Shown here: positions 48,845 to 64,000 of the stretch, piece after piece
How the letters are laid out: each line of letters begins with the position of its first letter
Position numbering within the stretch: position 1 is the stretch's first letter
Source: the human T2T-CHM13v2.0 reference genome, Homo sapiens
Reading direction: 5' to 3' (one strand)
Assembly: GCF_009914755.1 (NCBI RefSeq)
Contig: NC_060942.1
Length of the DNA: 64,000 nt
Notes under the pieces: generated by a model
Told to the model about the DNA's origin: nothing
Seen by the model: only the letters and a program-made list of their open reading frames with translations
Database searches by the model: none
Program-made: the position numbers and the translations under genes

Positions 48845-49894
48845 AAAGCATATGCTTACGCAGATGAAGATGAAGGACGCCCATCTAATGACTGTTTGCT
48901 CATATATGACATCGAAGGTGTAGGTTCCCCTGCTGGCTCTGTGGGTTGTTGTAGCTTCATTGGAGAAGACCTGGATGACAGCTTCTTGGATACCCTGGGA
49001 CCTAAATTTAAGAAGTTGGCAGACATCAGCCTAGGAAAAGAATCATATCCAGACCTTGATCCTTCTTGGCCACCACAAAGCACTGAACCAGTTTGCCTTC
49101 CTCAGGAAACAGAGCCCGTTGTTAGTGGACACCCACCAATCTCCCCACATTTCGGCACTACCACAGTAATTTCTGAGAGCACCTATCCCTCGGGACCTGG
49201 TGTACTGCATCCTAAGCCTATTCTCGATCCTCTGGGCTATGGTAATGTCACTGTGACCGAGTCTTACACCACCTCTGACACTCTGAAGCCCTCTGTGCAC
49301 GTTCACGATAACCGACCAGCATCAAACGTGGTAGTGACAGAGAGAGTGGTCGGCCCAATCTCTGGCGCTGATTTGCATGGAATGTTAGAGATGCCTGACT
49401 TGCGAGATGGGTCGAATGTTATAGTGACAGAAAGGGTAATAGCACCAAGCTCTAGTCTACCCACCTCTCTGACTATCCATCATCCTAGAGAGTCTTCAAA
49501 TGTGGTAGTGACAGAAAGAGTAATCCAACCAACTTCCGGCATGATAGGTAGTCTGAGTATGCACCCCGAGTTAGCCAATGCCCACAATGTCATTGTGACA
49601 GAGAGGGTTGTTTCTGGTGCTGGCGTAACTGGAATTAGTGGCACCACTGGGATCAGCGGTGGCATAGGCAGCAGTGGCCTGGTTGGCACCAGCATGGGTG
49701 CTGGGAGCGGTGCCCTGAGTGGAGCTGGCATAAGTGGTGGTGGCATTGGCCTGAGCAGCTTGGGAGGGACAGCCAGCATTGGCCACATGAGGAGTTCCTC
49801 TGACCATCACTTTAACCAAACCATTGGGTCCGCCTCCCCTAGCACAGCTCGAAGTCGAATCACAAAGTATAGTACCGTGCAATATAGCAAGTAG
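48845..49894 (+). CDS. DSG1: DSG1 exon 15 coding part (ICS end, proline-rich linker, NVxVTE repeat units, Gly/Ser-rich terminal domain)
   Basis: ttcag|AAA GCA TAT (KAYAYADEDEGRPSNDC) continuing into ORF 48896..49894; 349 aa + TAG. Confidence 0.98.
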   Translation, partial: KAYAYADEDEGRPSNDCLLIYDIEGVGSPAGSVGCCSFIGEDLDDSFLDTLGPKFKKLADISLGKESYPDLDPSWPPQSTEPVCLPQETEPVVSGHPPISPHFGTTTVISESTYPSGPGVLHPKPILDPLGYGNVTVTESYTTSDTLKPSVHVHDNRPASNVVVTERVVGPISGADLHGMLEMPDLRDGSNVIVTERVIAPSSSLPTSLTIHHPRESSNVVVTERVIQPTSGMIGSLSMHPELANAHNVIVTERVVSGAGVTGISGTTGISGGIGSSGLVGTSMGAGSGALSGAGISGGGIGLSSLGGTASIGHMRSSSDHHFNQTIGSASPSTARSRITKYSTVQYSK

Positions 49895-52800
49895 TCAGGA
49901 CCCCAGCTCACTTTTTCATAGTCATTGTGGTTTAGATCCAATTCCCACCACTAAAAAACCAACAATGTGATTTATAACGCACAACTTCGTGCTCAGGTCA
50001 TCTAGGAGCAAGGTGAGAAATCACAATGAGAAAAATAAATGGAAACACCACTGCTAGGGGAGAGCTCTCCTTAGCATTCATAAACTTTTCTCTTATATTA
50101 GGACTAAGGAACTAAAACTTGAGGCAGAGTCTTCTTTGTGCCTGAGTGGCCTGTAGTCCATCTCCAGCATGTAACTGGCCTTACGATGGCAATTGGCATC
50201 ATTCTCCTTGCTCTGTTTTGCTTTTCCATATAGCTCGAGCAAAATTCAAAAAGAACTAAATATGCAATATATGTTCATATCTATGGGAAAAATCTAAAAT
50301 GTGTGCCAGATGCCCTGTTGGTTTCACAGATAACATAAATAAAAATTCAACCACAGATTTATACAAGGGTTAACCATTTTTTTTAAGTTTGACTACATAG
50401 TCAAGTCCACAAGCCATCAAGCACTCCTACCTTAATTATTGCACTAGAGAAAATAAATTCCAAATTAGGAAGTGTTTCCTAGGAGGAAAATTCCATTAGA
50501 GAGTGGCAATAGGATGAGGTTTCTTCAGGGTAAACTAGCAATGCCTGAGCCTGAACCTTAATGTGGGGCCTCAGTTAAATCTCCTGTGGAGTCAAGGATT
50601 CTTCTGATTCTAGTGTGTGTTTAGTGATAGATGTAGTCTTGACGAATATTGCTTACTGGTGAGGTTGAGGAATATCACACTCGTCTTTCCCTTTACCACT
50701 GTGGTTTTGACTTAAGAAAGCAAAACTCACTAAGTTTACTTCTCGAATTGAAGCAAGTGAGGCCTGACATGGTTGTCATCACTAGTGGCAAATGACCTTC
50801 CAAGTAAGCAGATGGGAACTGAATTGTGTTTTCAGGTTTTGTTTTTAGTAGGTGATATTCATTCGTATCCAGCTCTTTATTACATAGCTCTGAAGTTAAA
50901 ATGATTTACATAGGCCGAGCTGTGGACAAAAAAAAAAGAAGCAGCAGCTTGTAGTATGCTTAAGCTTTGGGGAATTTTTTTTTAAGGGGATCTAAAAAAA
51001 TGTTTTTAGAACATGTAAAATGTTTAATGGTGAAAGTTGGAAAAGAATTCTTCTGTAAAGTAATACCATGCTAATTATTCGCTTTTAGTAAGTAAAGTAG
51101 TGGTTGCTTTAGCAAACCTCTGCTGCCATTTTGCAGGAATCAACCAGGAACCTTTAGCAGAATTGACAATATGGTGTTGATAAGCATGAAATAATAATAG
51201 AAACCTATTCTGCTAGTTTATCTCACCCTCTAATTTTTCTCACTAGCATAAATTTTAAATTCCTGATTTGATTTGTCAATAAGATCTTGGCTTATATATG
51301 CTGATTTATAGGTAGTGTCCAAATTATATAGTATAACATATTTTTCTAGTTTCAAAATTTAGTAATGTCCTATTTATGATATATCATTTCTGTGTGTTTG
51401 CTATGTAGTATTACCCAATTAAAAATCTCTAAAAAGAATTAAAGCATTCTAAGAAAAAGGTAAATTTACTATTGCATGGTACAGAAATTTTTTCTTTCTT
51501 AAATACAATGTTACTATAAGCTCACTAAAATGAAACTCTATATGACAAAATAAAATTAGAAAAAAATTTGCCCTGGAGTTGTGAATTATATACAACTTTT
51601 AAAGAATTTACCCCAATTACTCAAATTTCCCAGGAAATTACAAAGCCAAAGAATATTCAACTTCCTCCACTGGTCAAAAGAGGATAGGAGTGAATTACTG
51701 AACCTAGAGCTATTTTGCTCTGTAACAACAGATAAGGCTAATATTTTAAAAGCCACAGTATACATCTTCTTTTAACTCTGTAGAATATGTAAAATTTTGA
51801 TAGTCTGTAGTATGCTAAATGCAGAAGTATAAATAAAGTCATTCAAAGGGAGTCTTTTCTTTTTCTGACACTTAGGGGGCCACATTAAGGATGGGTAATC
51901 TTTCCAGGAATAAAGTCAAAAGGTATTTATTAAGACATACTTGAGTATGCCTGGGTCCAGGAGTTTTAAGGAATAGAAATAAGTATTAATGAATTAATTA
52001 AGTAATTTATTAAAGGGAATGGTAGCTGACCACAGGAAACTTGCTTACTGTTTTGATATGAAATATCATCACAAGCTTTTCTTAAGACATCTGATATCTT
52101 CCAGAGATATTTTTTAGGTTGTCTTGCAAACAACAAAATCACTGTCTTTAATAACTGTTGCTGTCAAAATCCATTGGTTGTTAAGATCCCCCCAATTTAG
52201 TTACATCTGAACTCCTAAACACTGTTAAACGATGGGAAAAACAAGAAAAAACATGGCCATTTGAGTCATTGAGTCATCTATCTTTCTAGGAAGATACTTT
52301 CTAACCAAACTTTTCTTCCAGGATTGCAAATTGATGGGAAAAACAAGAAAAACTGAAGTATTAGTCACCTATCTTTCTGGGAAGATACTTTCCAACTAAT
52401 TTTTTCTTCCAGGATTGCACACTGATTTTCCATTTAGTCCTAAATTTTAAAATTCCCTTTTCAAGACATCAACGATTTTAGTAGTTATTTAAAGGCATGT
52501 CATTTTTCAATGAAGAAGTTTTGGGCAGAACTTCATTCTTCTTCTTAGATGTTTACTCTAGATCATATACATCATGTCATAGACCAAGAAGAGATATGGA
52601 AATTATTTTATAAGTGAATACTATAATTAGGATTCAAGCTGAGTTTCAGATCAACTTGCTCTTAACAAAAGGAAAAAGAAATAGTAATTTAATACTATGT
52701 ATGTATGGTTTGAAAACAAACCACAATGTTTATAAAATATCTATCTGACTGTCTAAAGAGGTAATCTTTAGGAGCAAAAATCAGTGTATTATAAATACTT

Positions 52801-53800
52801 TACCATTTAATATCAACCAAAATACCATCTCAAGCTAATTTTGACACTGAATTACAGATATATCTGCTACATATTATTTACTTCTAAGCATGTTGTCTGA
52901 TGTAATTGCATTTGCACTGAAAAATTAAAAGAAAAAGTACATATTTAGGGTTATTTATATATCTTCATCTAGACATCTGTTCTACATTTGTGTATAAAGT
53001 TTTTAGCATCATAATTTTTATTCAAGAAAATGTTCTGACAAAATTTTAATTATATGTCTTCAAAAATTACATTTTTTACTCTAGTAAGTAGATGTTTTTA
53101 GTTATCTGGCAATTTATTTCTGAATTTATACCAATGTTTGATTGTCATGGTACAAAATATATGACACCCTTTAACTTTTGCTGGAGTTGAAAGGCATTAT
53201 AATCTTTAGCATAAATGGCCATGACTATTTTGGAAAGACATTTAAGACCCAAAGCAAACTTTTAAAAGTATTTGCCACATTTTCCCATGCCTATTTCATA
53301 AATTCCAACTTTTTTTTTTACAATTTCTGGATTTTTAAGACCCATTTCACATTGCACTAGGATACAGCAGTCCACAGTAGAGTGCTACTCTCCTTGAAAT
53401 CAAATCTGTCTTCCACTTCCGGATTATTCAATTTATGTTAGGACAAATCTTGACTAGATCAACCTGTTTTCCATCAGATAATTTTAAAACAATGTGTAAT
53501 CTTGTTTGTCTACATTCTCTCCCCAGTTTAGCTGTATTTGAATTACTAAATGCTTTATCGTCAAACTGTACCTAGTCTAACTTATTTTTCTTTTGCTGTC
53601 GTTTTACAAGCATTTTAAAATTCTAATATTCATCTCTGGTGGTGTTTAACACAAGGTTCTCTTATTCAAGTTTCAATATAAAAGTTTTTGGATTATTTGG
53701 GTGCTAGTTTCTTGCTTGGTTATCTGTTCGTTTTTTTAAGTTGATTTGTAATTTCCAAAGAGTTATGCATACAGCAATAAAATTATTAATATGCCTCCCT
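49895..53800 (+). other. DSG1: DSG1 3'UTR with several candidate polyA signals
   Basis: AATAAA at 50034, 50338, 50452, 51549, 51832, 51909 and 53776; AT-rich and largely free of recognisable repeats up to ~53.8 kb, after which L2-like sequence starts. The true end is inferred. Confidence 0.6.
52231..52425. repeat. Two-copy ~100-bp diverged tandem duplication in the 3'UTR
   Basis: gatgggaaaaacaagaaaaa...ctatctttct.ggaagatactttc...ttcttccaggattgca at 52231 and 52333. Confidence 0.9.
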
Positions 53801-55194
53801 TATCTTTTCTGAATTGTAAGCAAGGGGGAGGTTTTAGACTGTAAAACCAAAGTTATCAAATCTAGTTATTATCATCCTGTATTGGAGGAGATACAATTCT
53901 TTTATTTTCACAATGTTAAAATATGTTTTCATTCTCCATTTCCTAGCTATCTTTTTTTAATGTGTACTGAGGAACCTACTCTCTGGACCACTAATTATAG
54001 ATGCTAGAGCCCAGCCTTGACCAGGTGGTTAGCCCCACAAATGAACAGATGATAAAAAGCTGCATTTTTAGTTCTTATTTAATACTTGTAGCATCTTTAT
54101 ACTTTTACCTTTCTTTCTTTCATACTCTGCATTTTTATTTTTGCCTACACCAGCATTTTATTTCTTTTAAAATGACTTTTCTTCTTTTTTGCCCTTTAAA
54201 TCATACCCTTTCATCTTTTTTTGTTCTCCAATGCCACTTCCAGACTATTATCAACTTCATCTTGCACAAAATCTTACCTCTTTCAGACTTGTATGATCCT
54301 TTCCCTCTCTTCTCTTCTTCATAATGTCTCTACTTTTAATGAAGGCTCCAATATCCTGGCCTAAAGTCTTTTGTGACTTTCTTAACTTCTGAGAGTGTTC
54401 ATAGTAACTTAAACATCCACGTGGATGAATCACCCAAGGCCCAGATTCTCATTTCTAGACCTCCATTTCCCCCCTCCACTCAGCTGTCATTTCTTTTCAT
54501 AACCTGGCATATTGGTACCTGGAATGCCTCAGTTTCTGTCTCTACAGCCTCTGACCATTTCCTTCTCATCCTTCCAGCTCATGGGCTCACATTGTTGTCA
54601 TTACTCCATTTCATCAAAGCTTCAATGTGTTGACTCCCACCACTTTCTCACTGTCAGCTTCAACTCTCTGTCTAATCTAGCTTCATGAGTCCAACTAGAG
54701 TCACCTCTTTGTGAATGCCTTCAACCTACTTGCCCTGCTCTCTCTCCCTCACCCCAGACCTTTTGCCCTCCATCTCTGTCTGCACACAAACAGCCAAACA
54801 AATTATCCAAGTGAGCTGACTTTTTAAATATTAATCACTCAGTCTCAAATCTCAGCATAACATCAGATACTTCCCTGAAATTCTATCTGCTTCTCTTATA
54901 GATGTCCCATCTCATCATACTAGATTGCTACTCTGCATCTTCTCTGTCCTCAAACCTCCCACACACCCTCTTCCCTTCTCATTCTTTGTTGATGATCTAA
55001 TCCTGTTGTTCAAAAGTCATCCATTTCAAATGCATTCAACTTCCTCTGCGAAACCTCCATATCCACCTGTACTTGCACCCATCTTCTCCTCCCTCCCATG
55101 GGCTTATTCCATGCATTTGTGGCCTACTCATACAAAAACACAGTCCTCCAGTTCTGCTCAAATCAAGGACTTTGCTCCTTCCCTAATAGTCTCT

Positions 55195-55400
55195 TTCCTA
55201 TTCTTTTTCCTCTCTCTCTCTCTTTCTGTTTCCTCTCCTTCTCTCTCTCTTCTCTCTTTTTATCTTCTCTCTCTCTTTCCTCTCTCTTTCTCCTGTCTTT
55301 TTTCTCTCTCCACTCTCTCATTTTATCTCCTCTCTCTCATTCTCTTCCTGTCTCCTCTACTATCTCTCTCTCCTCTCTTCCTTCCCTTTCCTTCCTCTCC
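55195..55400. repeat. CT-rich low-complexity polypyrimidine tract
   Basis: About 200 nt almost entirely C/T. Confidence 0.9.
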
Positions 55401-56047
55401 CTAGAAAATTTTCATCTGCACCCCTCCTTGTAGCTAATGCCTCATTTGTTTGCTTGTTTCATCAAGCTTCTTGAGGTTCACGTACACATGCTGTCTTTTC
55501 TTTTCCATGTCCCATCAGACTTCAAAGTCCTCCCATCAGATTATCATAATGGTCCTTACCAAGCTTGTCTAAGATCTATGCATTGCAAGAACAAGGCCTA
55601 CTTTTCTCTTTTCCCTCTTTCTTAACCTCTGGGAAAAATATCTAAAAAGTAACCCTTCTCTCTTCCTTGAAACACTCTTGTGTCTTGGCTTGTGTAACAC
55701 CATTCTCTCCTGATATCCCTTGTATTTCATCAGCCAGTCTCGCTCATTCTATTTCCCTTGTTCCTCATTTATCCAATCCAAAGTTTGATCCCAAGCCCTC
55801 TTCTCTTAACAATTTACACTGACTCTGTGAGACCTCATCAGTACCCCTTTTTAAATGTTCAAAATTAAACTTATAATTTTACCTCCAGAGTTTCCCCATT
55901 CCAATCATTATTACCCTGTCTACCCATTACTCAAACCAGAAACTAAGTACTCCTTCATCTCATTCTTTCTCTCACTACCGAAATTTTATCCATTCGGAAG
56001 TTCTGTTTATTTTATAACCAAAATATATAGTAAGCCATTTAATAGTT

Positions 56048-56408
56048 TGTATTAGTCCATTATCACACTGCTATAAAGATACTACCTGAGACTGGGTAAT
56101 TTTGAAAGGAAAGAGGTTTAATTGACTCACACTTCTGCATGGCTGGGGAGGCCTCAGGAAACTTACAATCATGCTGGAAGGCGAAGGGAAAGCAAGAACC
56201 TTCTTCACATGCCAGCAGGAGAGAGAAGCATAAGCAAGGGAAATGCCAGATGCTAATAAAACCATCAGATGTCATGAGAACTCACTCACTATCATGAGAA
56301 CAGCATGGGGGAAACCACCCCCATGATCAAATCACTTCCCTCCCTTGACACATGGGGATTATAATCCAAGATGAGATTTGGGTGGGGACACAGAGCCAAA
56401 CCATTTAA
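56048..56408 (-). mobile_element. ERVL-MaLR solo LTR (THE1D/MSTA type)
   Basis: tgtattagtccatt...ctgagactgggtaat...gcctcaggaaacttacaatcatg...ggtggggacacagagccaaacc; 5-bp TSD TAGTT 56043-47 and 56409-13. Confidence 0.9.
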
Positions 56409-56829
56409 TAGTTTTAATCCTTATCTGTCACCATCCTACGGGCAACTGCCTCCTAGGTAGTCTCTCTGCTTCCACATCAGCCTTCTTCAAATAATTTTCT
56501 ATAGATGAACCTAGGTGACCTTTTAAAATATTAATTAGGTTGAGTCAACCCCCTATTTTAAAAATTTCAATGGATTTCCAGTGAATGTCCCAGAAAAGCC
56601 TGCAGGGAGCTGCCTGATGTAGTACTGGTCCACAGTGGATGACAGTAATTTGCACTATGATTGTTGTAATGGAAAAGTTGAAAAGAAATGAATTAAGGAA
56701 ACGTTTTGGCTTTTGCAAATGGTATTCACTCTGCATGAGTCCTCCTCACTTTTATATGGCAGCATCCTTTCCTCCTTCAGTAGCAATTTAAATACTATTT
56801 CCTCATATATTCTTTCCTTCGTCAATGTT

Positions 56830-57380
56830 TTCACGTATTCATTCATTTACTCTATGGATATTTATTGAATTCCAAATAGTTATACCAAGCAGTGGTGACA
56901 TGACAGTGAAAGATAAAGTCCTTCTCCTCGTGGAGTTTATGATCAAGATAGAATGGAGATGGGGGAAGTCTGACAATAAAGAACAAACAAGTAAATATAT
57001 GATATGTTAGATGACAGTAAATGATCAAGGGAAAAATAAAGCAGGATAATTCAGGAAAGGGATTGCAGGGCATGAGGGATGCACTTTTATATAGGGTAAT
57101 TGAGGCAAGGTTCTATTAGAAAGTAATATTTGAACAGAGATTTGAAGAACATTAAGGAGCAAGCCATGTGGCTATCTGGATACAGGACATTTCAGACAGA
57201 GGGATATTCATGGAAGAGCAAGATCTCTGTGTGTGGAGAGATTAAAAGAAGGAAAGCAGCAGGAGGTAGGATCCCAGAGGAAAGGGTTGAGATTGAGTTT
57301 GGCCTTGCAGGCCATTCTAACAGACTTATTCTGAATGTAATGGAGAGCTACTTGAGAGTTGGGGCTGAGGAGTGCTTTGT
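56830..57380 (-). mobile_element. L2 3'-end fragment
   Basis: attcattcattt...atatttattgaat...cttctcctcgtggagtttat...tttgaacagagatttgaag. Confidence 0.65.
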
Positions 57381-57392
57381 TGAGGTTTGGGG

Positions 57393-57689
57393 TTGTTTGT
57401 TTGTTTTGAGATGGGCTCTTGATCTGTCATCCAGGCTGGAGTGCAGTAGCATGATCATGACTCGCTGCAGCTCAACATCCTGAGCTCAAGAGATCCTTCC
57501 ACCTCAGCCTCCAGAGTAACTGGGACTACAGACATGAGCCACCATCTCCTCCTAATTTTTGTATTTTTGGTAGAGACACAGTTTTGTAATGTTGTCCAGG
57601 CTAGTTTCGAACTCCTGGGATCAAGCAATCCTCCTGCTTTGCCCTCCCAAATTGCTGAGATTATAGGCATGAGTCACTGTGCCCAGCCT
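57393..57689 (-). mobile_element. AluJ-type element
   Basis: Diverged Alu reverse complement inserted within L2-like sequence. Confidence 0.88.
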
Positions 57690-58419
57690 AGATTTGTATT
57701 TTTAAAAGAACATTCTACCTACAGTGGTGACACTTTAGGAAGGAAGTCACAGAATCAAGAAGATATGTTAAAGAGCTACTGCAATAATCCAAGTGAGTGA
57801 GTGATACAACCATAGCAGGTAGCAAAACAAGTGACAAAAACAAAACAAAAGCCCTGGACAGATCAATAAAGTACCATACAGAAAAAAAAAAAAAAAAAGG
57901 AAAAAAGTTCACTGAGCAACAGATTAAATTTAAATCTCACCATGAATTGCCTTGAAAAAACTCAAACATAGTAAGTACAAATGGAGAATGTTAGGTTGGT
58001 CAAAAAGTTTAGAAATGATGCCAGTTTCTAGTCATCTACTTGGCTATTGAGTTCATATAAGACAAATTCCGGCTGACCCTGAGAGACTTGCTTTTCCTAG
58101 TTTTATAAAGAAAGCTGAGCAACTTGGTGTATCCCAGTCTGTGCCTGTTTCTCAGTCATATCTCTTCTTTCTTCAGCTCTTACATAAAACCTAGGAGGAA
58201 GAATTTCTGCCTCCAGAACTTTCTCAAAACTACTCAGAATATCAGGCTCTGATTCGTACCAAAGTTTGTATCTGGTTGGACCCAGAATATGATTTGTCAC
58301 ATTTTTTCAAAGAAAAATGTTTTGATCCATTCAGTTTATTAACTGTCTGTCTCAAAGTATATGCCAGTTTCAGCTTAATAAATTATAGACATGTGATTCT
58401 CAGCTTGTTTTGACCACTG

Positions 58420-58870
58420 CCTTATATTGGGCTCATCCAAATGCAAACTCTGAGACAGGATTAGAGAGCAATTTTGGAAGGAGGTAGAGGAACCACTGGT
58501 AGATAACAGGGAGATGCAACATGCAAGGGAAATCTACCAATAAATTGTACCTATCAAGCCAATTAAAACCATGGGCAATAGAAGCTTAGTCCTCCTGGGG
58601 AAAACACTGGGAGCCAGTGTAGTACATGCCCTGCGGTTAAGCCATCGGAGAAATAAGGGAGATAGTGTATTTATACATACCAGCTGCCATCAGTTAATAA
58701 CTAAGGGCCACTTCTTGAGATAGTTAATTCCCTGCGTCTGCTGCAAAGGTGGGCAAAGTGGCTTTGGCATCGGTGAAGTGAAAAAATGCAGGAGCTGGCC
58801 CTTTGGGTGCGTGGGCACTGAAATGATAGGAGAAAAATATGGAGAAAGCTTTGTCAAGGTCTGTTACAGC
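58420..58870. mobile_element. ERVL LTR16-like solo LTR
   Basis: aaactctgagacaggatt...accatgggcaatagaagcttagtcc...ctgggagccagtgtag..catgcc...gtatttatacataccagctgccatcagt resembles LTR16 as I recall it. Confidence 0.5.
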
Positions 58871-59194
58871 TATTGGGATATTGCAGCACTCTGGTAATAG
58901 ATGACATGAGAAACCTCAGAATTTGCTGACATGACAGGCCTTTCTTGAACATTTCCCTGTAAATAAGAATGGGTCAGATGCTACCATATTGATAGATTAG
59001 GTAACAAAACCCAGTGGCGTGAAATAGAAAAGTCTTCAGGTCCCCCATGTCATTAACTTGTGCCTTCATGGTTTTATATCATTTATGTTAATTAGATGCT
59101 TGCCTCCCATACATGGTTACACATATAACCATTTTTCTATAATACATGACTTGGCTTTACCATTACAACTTAGGTATGGCCTGAAAAATTGGTG

Positions 59195-59506
<312 letters not shown>

Positions 59507-59664
59507 AAATAATTGGTTTTAATATCTATTTGCTGCCAGAAGGAAAGGCTGTGAGTTCATTAAAGTTATCACTTTTTTGTAAACATAACCCCAACATTTT
59601 AATAAGTTGTTACTAATAACATCATACCAATCTACCCAGTCTCTGAGAGATGTTCTCGCACCTA

Positions 59665-59988
<324 letters not shown>

Positions 59989-62096
59989 GGCACAACAAAA
60001 ACGTTATATTGCCATTAGTTGGGTATGCAAATAATTAAATAACAAATGTTGAATTAATGTGTGATGCACAGAGGTCAGCACAGCAACAAACAGATAACTT
60101 GTTGAGCACATGAATAAATGCAGTCCATTTATACTCACATGGTTCTAAAAGCCATCCTTGCATTGACAGTCTATAAAAGAACTGAGACCGTCAATTACTT
60201 CATATTGCTTATCAAATTCTCACCACTCCAAACAGAACTACTTTTTCCAAATTGCTCATTGGTGTGATGGCACCTGTTTAAACTGAATGACAATATGGCT
60301 ATGTTTTGTGAGATTGTAACATGTGTCTTGGCCAATTGTCTTACATGCATTTTAGGAAAAGATTAGTTATGTAAAAATTTAGACTTCACTAGTTTTTAGT
60401 TAGAGCTGTAGGGTAAAGAAAAAATAGTTTGCTTTTTACCAAATATTTTTCAAATATTTGAAAAATAAAGTCCAAAAAAAGGGATTCTAAAATTGGAACA
60501 AGAATATGTCTTTCTTCACATAAAAAAAAATCATAGTGGTAGTAGAAATGTACTCCTAGAACTCTGTGAGACTGATAAATAAAACAACATATAAAAGATC
60601 ACCTGATAGATGAAATCAAACACATGGAAAGATTCTGAACCTGCTAAACTCAAGAACAAGTGTTGTTCTCTGGGAGAATAAATGTGATTTTTCTATCTCA
60701 TGGAGAAAGAATATTTTATCAAATATTCCTACAGCTTAGGTGAAGGGTATGTCAAAATATCTACTCATCTTTGCTCTCCGTTCATGACCAGTGAATAATT
60801 TTTGGACTGCTACCTTGATTGCTATGGCAAGCAGAGGGCATTCTTTGCAGAGAGCATATGAACTTCAAAGTTATTGCCCATGAAAAGAGCTATTACTCAC
60901 TGCAAATTGATAAATTAATATTTTGCCTTATACATCATCTTATATAAACTTGGCTACTGAGAATTCATCACCAAGAAAACTAATCTGATTTCAGTATAAA
61001 GACAAAAATAAACATGAGACTGGAAAACTGGAATATAAGCCTTGCAGTGGGGAAACTCAAGACAAGTGACATAATTAATAGGCTTCATTAGTAATGGAGC
61101 TCAGTCCTCCTTAGAAAAATCCTGGAAGCCTTCTGGCTGGTCTTCTTTAACCAACACTTTTATCAAAAGCCTAAAAGCCTTCCTTTTACAACATTATGGT
61201 TTGTGAAGTGAGGATAATGAATTCTATTTTTAAGATGAATAATATATTTAATAGTCATTAAAACCAAAATAAAAATTAAAAATTAATATAAAATTTTAAA
61301 TACAGGTAGACAATTATCACAAATTATGTGTTATAAAGCAGAGTAGCAAACAAAAAAGAAAAATTTTATTTAATAACTATCACTAAAAATTAGATCTTAA
61401 TATATAGAAAAAATCAAGTCAGATCTATACCTCATACTATAGGTTTTAATGAACAAGTGAAAGATATAAACGCTAGAAATTCTGAAAGACAGAACACACT
61501 CAAAGAGGATAAATTACATGTTATTTTCTTTACATAAAACTATCTAATTTAATCTCCTAAAATTCACCAGGAAGGGAAATAGATAAGGAAACTGTAATTT
61601 AGAGAGCTAAATTAACTCGCTTACAGAAACAAACCAAGTTAACAGAAGTTTTGGAATTTGAAGCAGATCTAAATCTGTACATGTCTCAATATGCCTCAGT
61701 GACATAGTACATTTACCTAAACTATAAATAGGGATATAATTATATAACTATTGACAAACTAGAACCATAATTAAGAATAAATAAGCTAAAAATATGTACA
61801 TTTCAACTTCTACAAAATAAAAACTGACAAAGATGATAAAAATGAAGACATCGAGAATGTGCAGTAAATGATATCAGAGTTAAGACATTCTTACTCCACT
61901 CAGCTCTATGAAACCAATAAATAATAAATAAAAAGAGAAAATAATCCAACTTCAAAAAGAACCTAAAAATGGCTATTAACCCTTCTGCCGCAAACAAACA
62001 CATAACACAAATAATGTCTACTAAATACAGTAAAATTTGTATTCAAATTAATAACATTTAGAACTAGTTAATTTTCCTTCAGATCTCTTTCAGAGT

Positions 62097-62243
62097 TGCT
62101 ATTGCCTAAATGTTCATGTCCTCTCAAAGTTAATATGTTGGGTTCCTAATCCCCAAGGTGATGGTATTAGGAGGTGGGACCTTTGAGAGGTGATTAGCTC
62201 ATGAAGGTGGAGCCCTCATGAATGTTATTAATGCCCATATAGA
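62097..62243 (+). mobile_element. MLT1A-like LTR 5' part, truncated by an L1
   Basis: tgctattg..taaatgtt..tgtcc...ctaatccccaaggtgatggtattaggaggtggg...ggagccctcatgaatg. Confidence 0.75.
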
Positions 62244-62254
62244 GTAAGCTTGCT

Positions 62255-63995
<1,741 letters not shown>

Positions 63996-64000
63996 GTTGT

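Noticed and set aside
49200-49620. Regularly spaced ~90-nt repeats (GTGACAGAGAG/GAAAG) that superficially look like a repeat-spacer array
   Set aside because: These encode the known desmoglein NVxVTERV repeat-unit domain; not CRISPR and not novel.
49043-49882. Minus-strand ORFs of 87-103 aa overlapping exon 15
   Set aside because: Shadow ORFs of GC-richer, Gly/Ser-repetitive coding sequence; no independent support.
54925-55433. 159-aa and 111-aa hydrophobic ORFs resembling membrane proteins
   Set aside because: Artefact of the CT-rich tract, which lacks stop codons.

Overview
Mammalian, almost certainly human, genomic DNA containing the complete desmoglein-1 gene (DSG1, + strand). I reconstructed 15 coding exons by hand from ATG 12858 to TAG 49894; all introns are GT-AG and the exon lengths sum to 3150 nt (1049 aa + stop). 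Codon 11 is GTG (Val). The rest is AT-rich intronic and intergenic DNA carrying about 13 Alus, old L1/L2/MIR pieces, MER3, MER58A, MaLR/ERVL LTRs, a U6 snRNA retrocopy in intron 13, and a full-length ~6.0 kb antisense L1PA2/L1PA3 in intron 14. The most interesting configuration is that this L1's antisense promoter and an open, C-terminally extended ORF0 point into DSG1 exon 15, about 300 bp beyond the L1 5' end. A phase-0 donor (CAA|GTGAGG) would fuse 85 aa of ORF0 in frame to the 349-aa DSG1 cytoplasmic tail, and an L1 antisense polyA signal could truncate the upstream transcript ('gene breaking'). Other observations: exons 3 and 10 begin with strong 5' splice-site sequences, the presumed 5'UTR holds two ATG-TAA start-stop elements, the intron-6 alternative acceptor is visible, and there are three ~100-bp local duplications, one carrying a doubled AP-1 site. 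All functional claims are hypotheses from sequence only; repeat subfamily calls are from memory of consensus sequences and their edges are approximate.
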